In this document: positions 59,676-64,000 of the stretch, piece after piece
Position numbering within the stretch: the first letter of the stretch is position 1
How the letters are laid out: every line of letters starts with the position of its first letter
DNA from: Octopus vulgaris
Lineage: Eukaryota
Assembly: GCA_951406725.2 (NCBI GenBank)
Contig: OX597821.1
Location: 14,942,001-15,006,000, forward strand
Reading direction: 5' to 3'
Length of the DNA stretch: 64,000 nt
Made by a program: the position numbers and the translations under genes
The notes under the pieces: model-generated
The model's database searches: none
Seen by the model: the letters and a program-made list of their open reading frames with translations, nothing else
Told to the model about the DNA's origin: nothing

Positions 59676-60129
59676 CATGTATATACATCTTTATGTTTAT
59701 ACTTAAAGACACATGCGCTCACATCCATATTATTTTGACACTACAGGAAACGACATGAAGCACTCACAGACAATAAAAATTACAAAAAGGGAAGAGAATG
59801 ACTATAAAGGAATTTTACATCATGGTTGCAACAGCAACAAAAAGAACGAGGGCTGACATAAAATGTAATCAGAAGTTTGGCAGTGCATAACTGTAGTTAC
59901 AGCAGTGAAAAGAAGAATAACAGCAATAGCAACAACAATCACCTCGTTTATTTAATAGAAGCCGGTGCAGTGGCAATAGGGACTAAAATAATAATACCTT
60001 TGAAATAAACTATTATTTCTATTTTTATGAATAATATCAGGCAACAACGCTGTGTATCTTAATTTATTGCTAAATTTAGTAGCTTAGTTAGAAATCTTTT
60101 TCTTTCTCTCACACTCTCATTCTATTGCT

Positions 60130-61090
<961 letters not shown>

Positions 61091-61525
61091 ACAAATATAT
61101 GTTTACGTATATTTATGTGTGTGTGTGTGTGATTCTATGTATGTTTGTACGTATGCATTAAAAAACCTGTAAAATGCCATTTTCATCTTTATCTCGATGA
61201 CATTCATTCTTCTGAGGTTATTTACAACATTCATCTTTGCAGTCTGTATTCTTTCTCTGTATTATACTCTTGGTATCGAAATCGAACCTTCATATCATAT
61301 ATACTATTTATACTTGTCGGTGTAGCTTGTCACAGCTTCATTAATTTATCGACCTGTAGAGAATTTAAGCAAAACAATTGTTAAATGTTATCAGCAGTGT
61401 TCATTAGGGAGTAGACGCATGTCTTTACAGGTGCACTTCACTATATATTAATATATATATAATTTCGGTGCGAATGTTTTTTTTTTTCATACGGCGCCGT
61501 TTTTACAATCCTGTGAATAATAATA

Positions 61526-61720
61526 ATGGTATTTTTATATAAGCTTAAAGCTTATGGCGATCACTGTACAATGACTAAGGAAAATAGTCTAATATTGGGC
61601 ATATAGGCCCCGCGTGGATAGGAAATAAGGCCATCCTCCCATGCGGATAGGAAAGCCTTCGTTTTTCTGTCAAGGGCTTTATATGCCCCTTTATTAGACT
61701 ATCTTATATAAAAATACCAT
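61526..61720. repeat. Nested inverted repeat
   Basis: ATGGTATTTTTATATAAG / CTTATATAAAAATACCAT and TAGTCTAATATTGGGCATATAGGCCC / GGGCTTTATATGCCCCTTTATTAGACTA. Confidence 0.65.
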
Positions 61721-61909
61721 ATATATATTAATATACATATCAATATAAATGGTTTAGTCGGCGATTAAAAAATCTAAAGATATTCATCGAACATACCCTC
61801 TTTTTAATCTTTTCATCTTGAAGTTGATGAAATCGTCCCCAGTAATCATATCTTTAAGCCTCGTTTTACTGAACTGTTAAGTTAAGTGAAAGGACATAAT
61901 CAAAACAAA

Positions 61910-62341
61910 CAGTTTTATATTTAAGAGACGAGGAATTAAGTGCATCATTTACATTTGACGGATATGTTGTTTGTTGTTAACACAATGTTTCGGCTGATAT
62001 ACCCTCCAGATATACCATTTATCAGATATCTTGAGGAAATTTCGAACGTGGGTATTTTCCGATATTATTATTATTCCGGTCACTGGCTGGAATCGAAATC
62101 TTGAGATTAGTAGCCCGCACTTTTAACCACTAAACCATATTACTATATGCACTAAGCCATATGCCCGTGGGCAATTATGGAGTGAATTCTAGGGTTTATA
62201 AATCTAATATTTTCCTATCTTTCCTTAATACCGGTTCAACAAATGTTTGACAAACAACAATGTTTTGTTTATATTATTTACATTATTTACATCCTCATAT
62301 TGTTTGTTGTTAACACAACGTTTCGGCTGATATACCCTCCA
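61910..62341 (-). mobile_element. Partial tandem copy of the 6083-6355 PLE-type family
   Basis: TTGTTTGTTGTTAACACAA.GTTTCGGCTGATATACCCTCCA occurs twice in direct orientation (about 61967 and 62300). This is the 3' half of the hammerhead on the - strand. Confidence 0.65.
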
Positions 62342-62421
62342 AGAGAAACAAAAATACGAACACACATTCAAATACACCCACCATATAAATGTATGCTTGT
62401 ATGTACGTATCTCTCTATGTT

Positions 62422-62465
<44 letters not shown>

Positions 62466-63149
62466 TCTATCGATCTAACTACGATAGGCTTCCTTTAGTT
62501 TCTGTCTGCCAAATCCACATACAAGGCTTTGGTCCAGGGCTGTGAACGGAATCATATATTTGGGAAGAAAACTGGGATCTTTTCCTTTTGATGGACGGAA
62601 TTTTCTAGTTAACTAAACAATTTGAAACTTCGTATACTGGTAGAATGTGTCAAAAGAAAACATTATTGTAAACAAAATTGAAAACCAAACTGTAATTTGT
62701 AAGTTTAACGTAGTTTAATTCTTCGAATTTTAACCAATGAAACGCCAGCATTTGAGCTTACCACACAGCCACATTCATAATTAATAAAACAATTGAAAAA
62801 GCGGTAATTTACAAAGAGAAAAATAAGCTCGAAATTATCACTATTGGTATTAGAAATCAGATATTAGATAGACATATTACTATTAAGTATAAATACGATT
62901 TTATTTTGATTAAGCAAGGTGTTGCTAATGTATAGGCGAGACGTATCTGAAATTCATGTAATTTTGATGCATATTATTGGTGTAAATGAATATTCTACCG
63001 GAAATCAACCTATATATAAATAAAAAGTAAGCTAAAAATCCAATAGAGTATGAAAATAATATAATAACATCTGGAATAATCAGTAACAAGTTTAATACGT
63101 AATAAAGAATAGATTGGACTTAAAGATTTCTGATTTAGATACAGGGTTA

Positions 63150-63342
63150 GTAATATTTAAGGGAGAGCTTAGTCAATACCATTGACCCCCAGTACATACA
63201 CTTGAACTTAAATGTATCGACTTGCGAGGGATGAAATGCAAAGCTGACCCCGCTAGGATTTGAGATCAGAATGTTCAGAGATGGAACGAATACTGCAATG
63301 CATTTTTCTGACGTTCTCACGATTCTGCCACTTCTCTACCTT
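63150..63342 (-). mobile_element. SINE family B, very degenerate
   Basis: TTGACCCCCAGT...ATCGAC...GGATGAAATGCAAAG...ACGATTCTGCCA. Confidence 0.55.
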
Positions 63343-64000
63343 AATAGAAGATATCATTGGAAATAACAGCAACTTTTTTTCTCACTCTATCGTTTATCCT
63401 CCTTGCTTCACCATCGGTTTCTTTATCAACATAACCAACACGACTATTACCATAGAAAAAAAAAATGAATCGATAACAAATAAAATTTTTTAGAATAAAC
63501 TACAATCGCATGTCATAAAAGCCTAAAATAGAACTACAACAATAATAACAACTACTAGTAAAACCAACACGAACCGCTACTGTTGCGGATCATATGAAAA
63601 TCAACTGCTGTTTGCAAGAAAGGAAACACAAGATAAAAAGTGAAGATGGTGGAATCAACAACGCAATCATTTTGTTAGCAAGAAAAGAAAGCAAGAAAAG
63701 GAAAACAAAGAATACCAAAAAAATGAAACAACAACAAAATAAAACGTTAAGATGTATGTGCTCTGTCTTTTTTCTTCTTTCCTATCATCCTATTTTCCTT
63801 TCTCATGCCATGTTTTCCCTATCTTACTCCCATCTTTTCATGGTGGAGGATAATAGCAAAATGAACAATAGTAATAACAGTAATAATATATTAATAAATG
63901 CAACAACCAAAAGAAACACAAGACCAGAAAGCAGTAAGAAAGAGAAGGAAATTTCACCCAAAAACAACAACTAACTACAAGTAAATATGGAAGAAAATTG

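Overview
AT-rich eukaryotic (animal) DNA made almost entirely of microsatellites and interspersed repeats. The SINE families look like those I recall from octopus genomes; this is recognition from memory and was not checked. No host protein-coding exon can be supported, and nearly all listed ORFs are microsatellite or SINE translations. Supported elements: two Penelope-like retroelements (PLEs; an RT + GIY-YIG copy at 45.9-48.9 kb with an internal inversion, and a GIY-YIG remnant at 56.6-58.0 kb); a 5'-truncated CR1/L2-group LINE; three mariner transposons; non-autonomous Helitrons; and three tRNA-derived SINE families, one forming a 7-unit tandem array. The most striking signal is about a dozen short, mostly unrelated inserts, many inverted-repeat and many beside (TA)n or (CA)n tracts. 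They carry minimal type I hammerhead-ribozyme motifs, mostly with palindromic stem III, and several have non-canonical catalytic cores. Coordinates were read by eye and may be off by a few bases.
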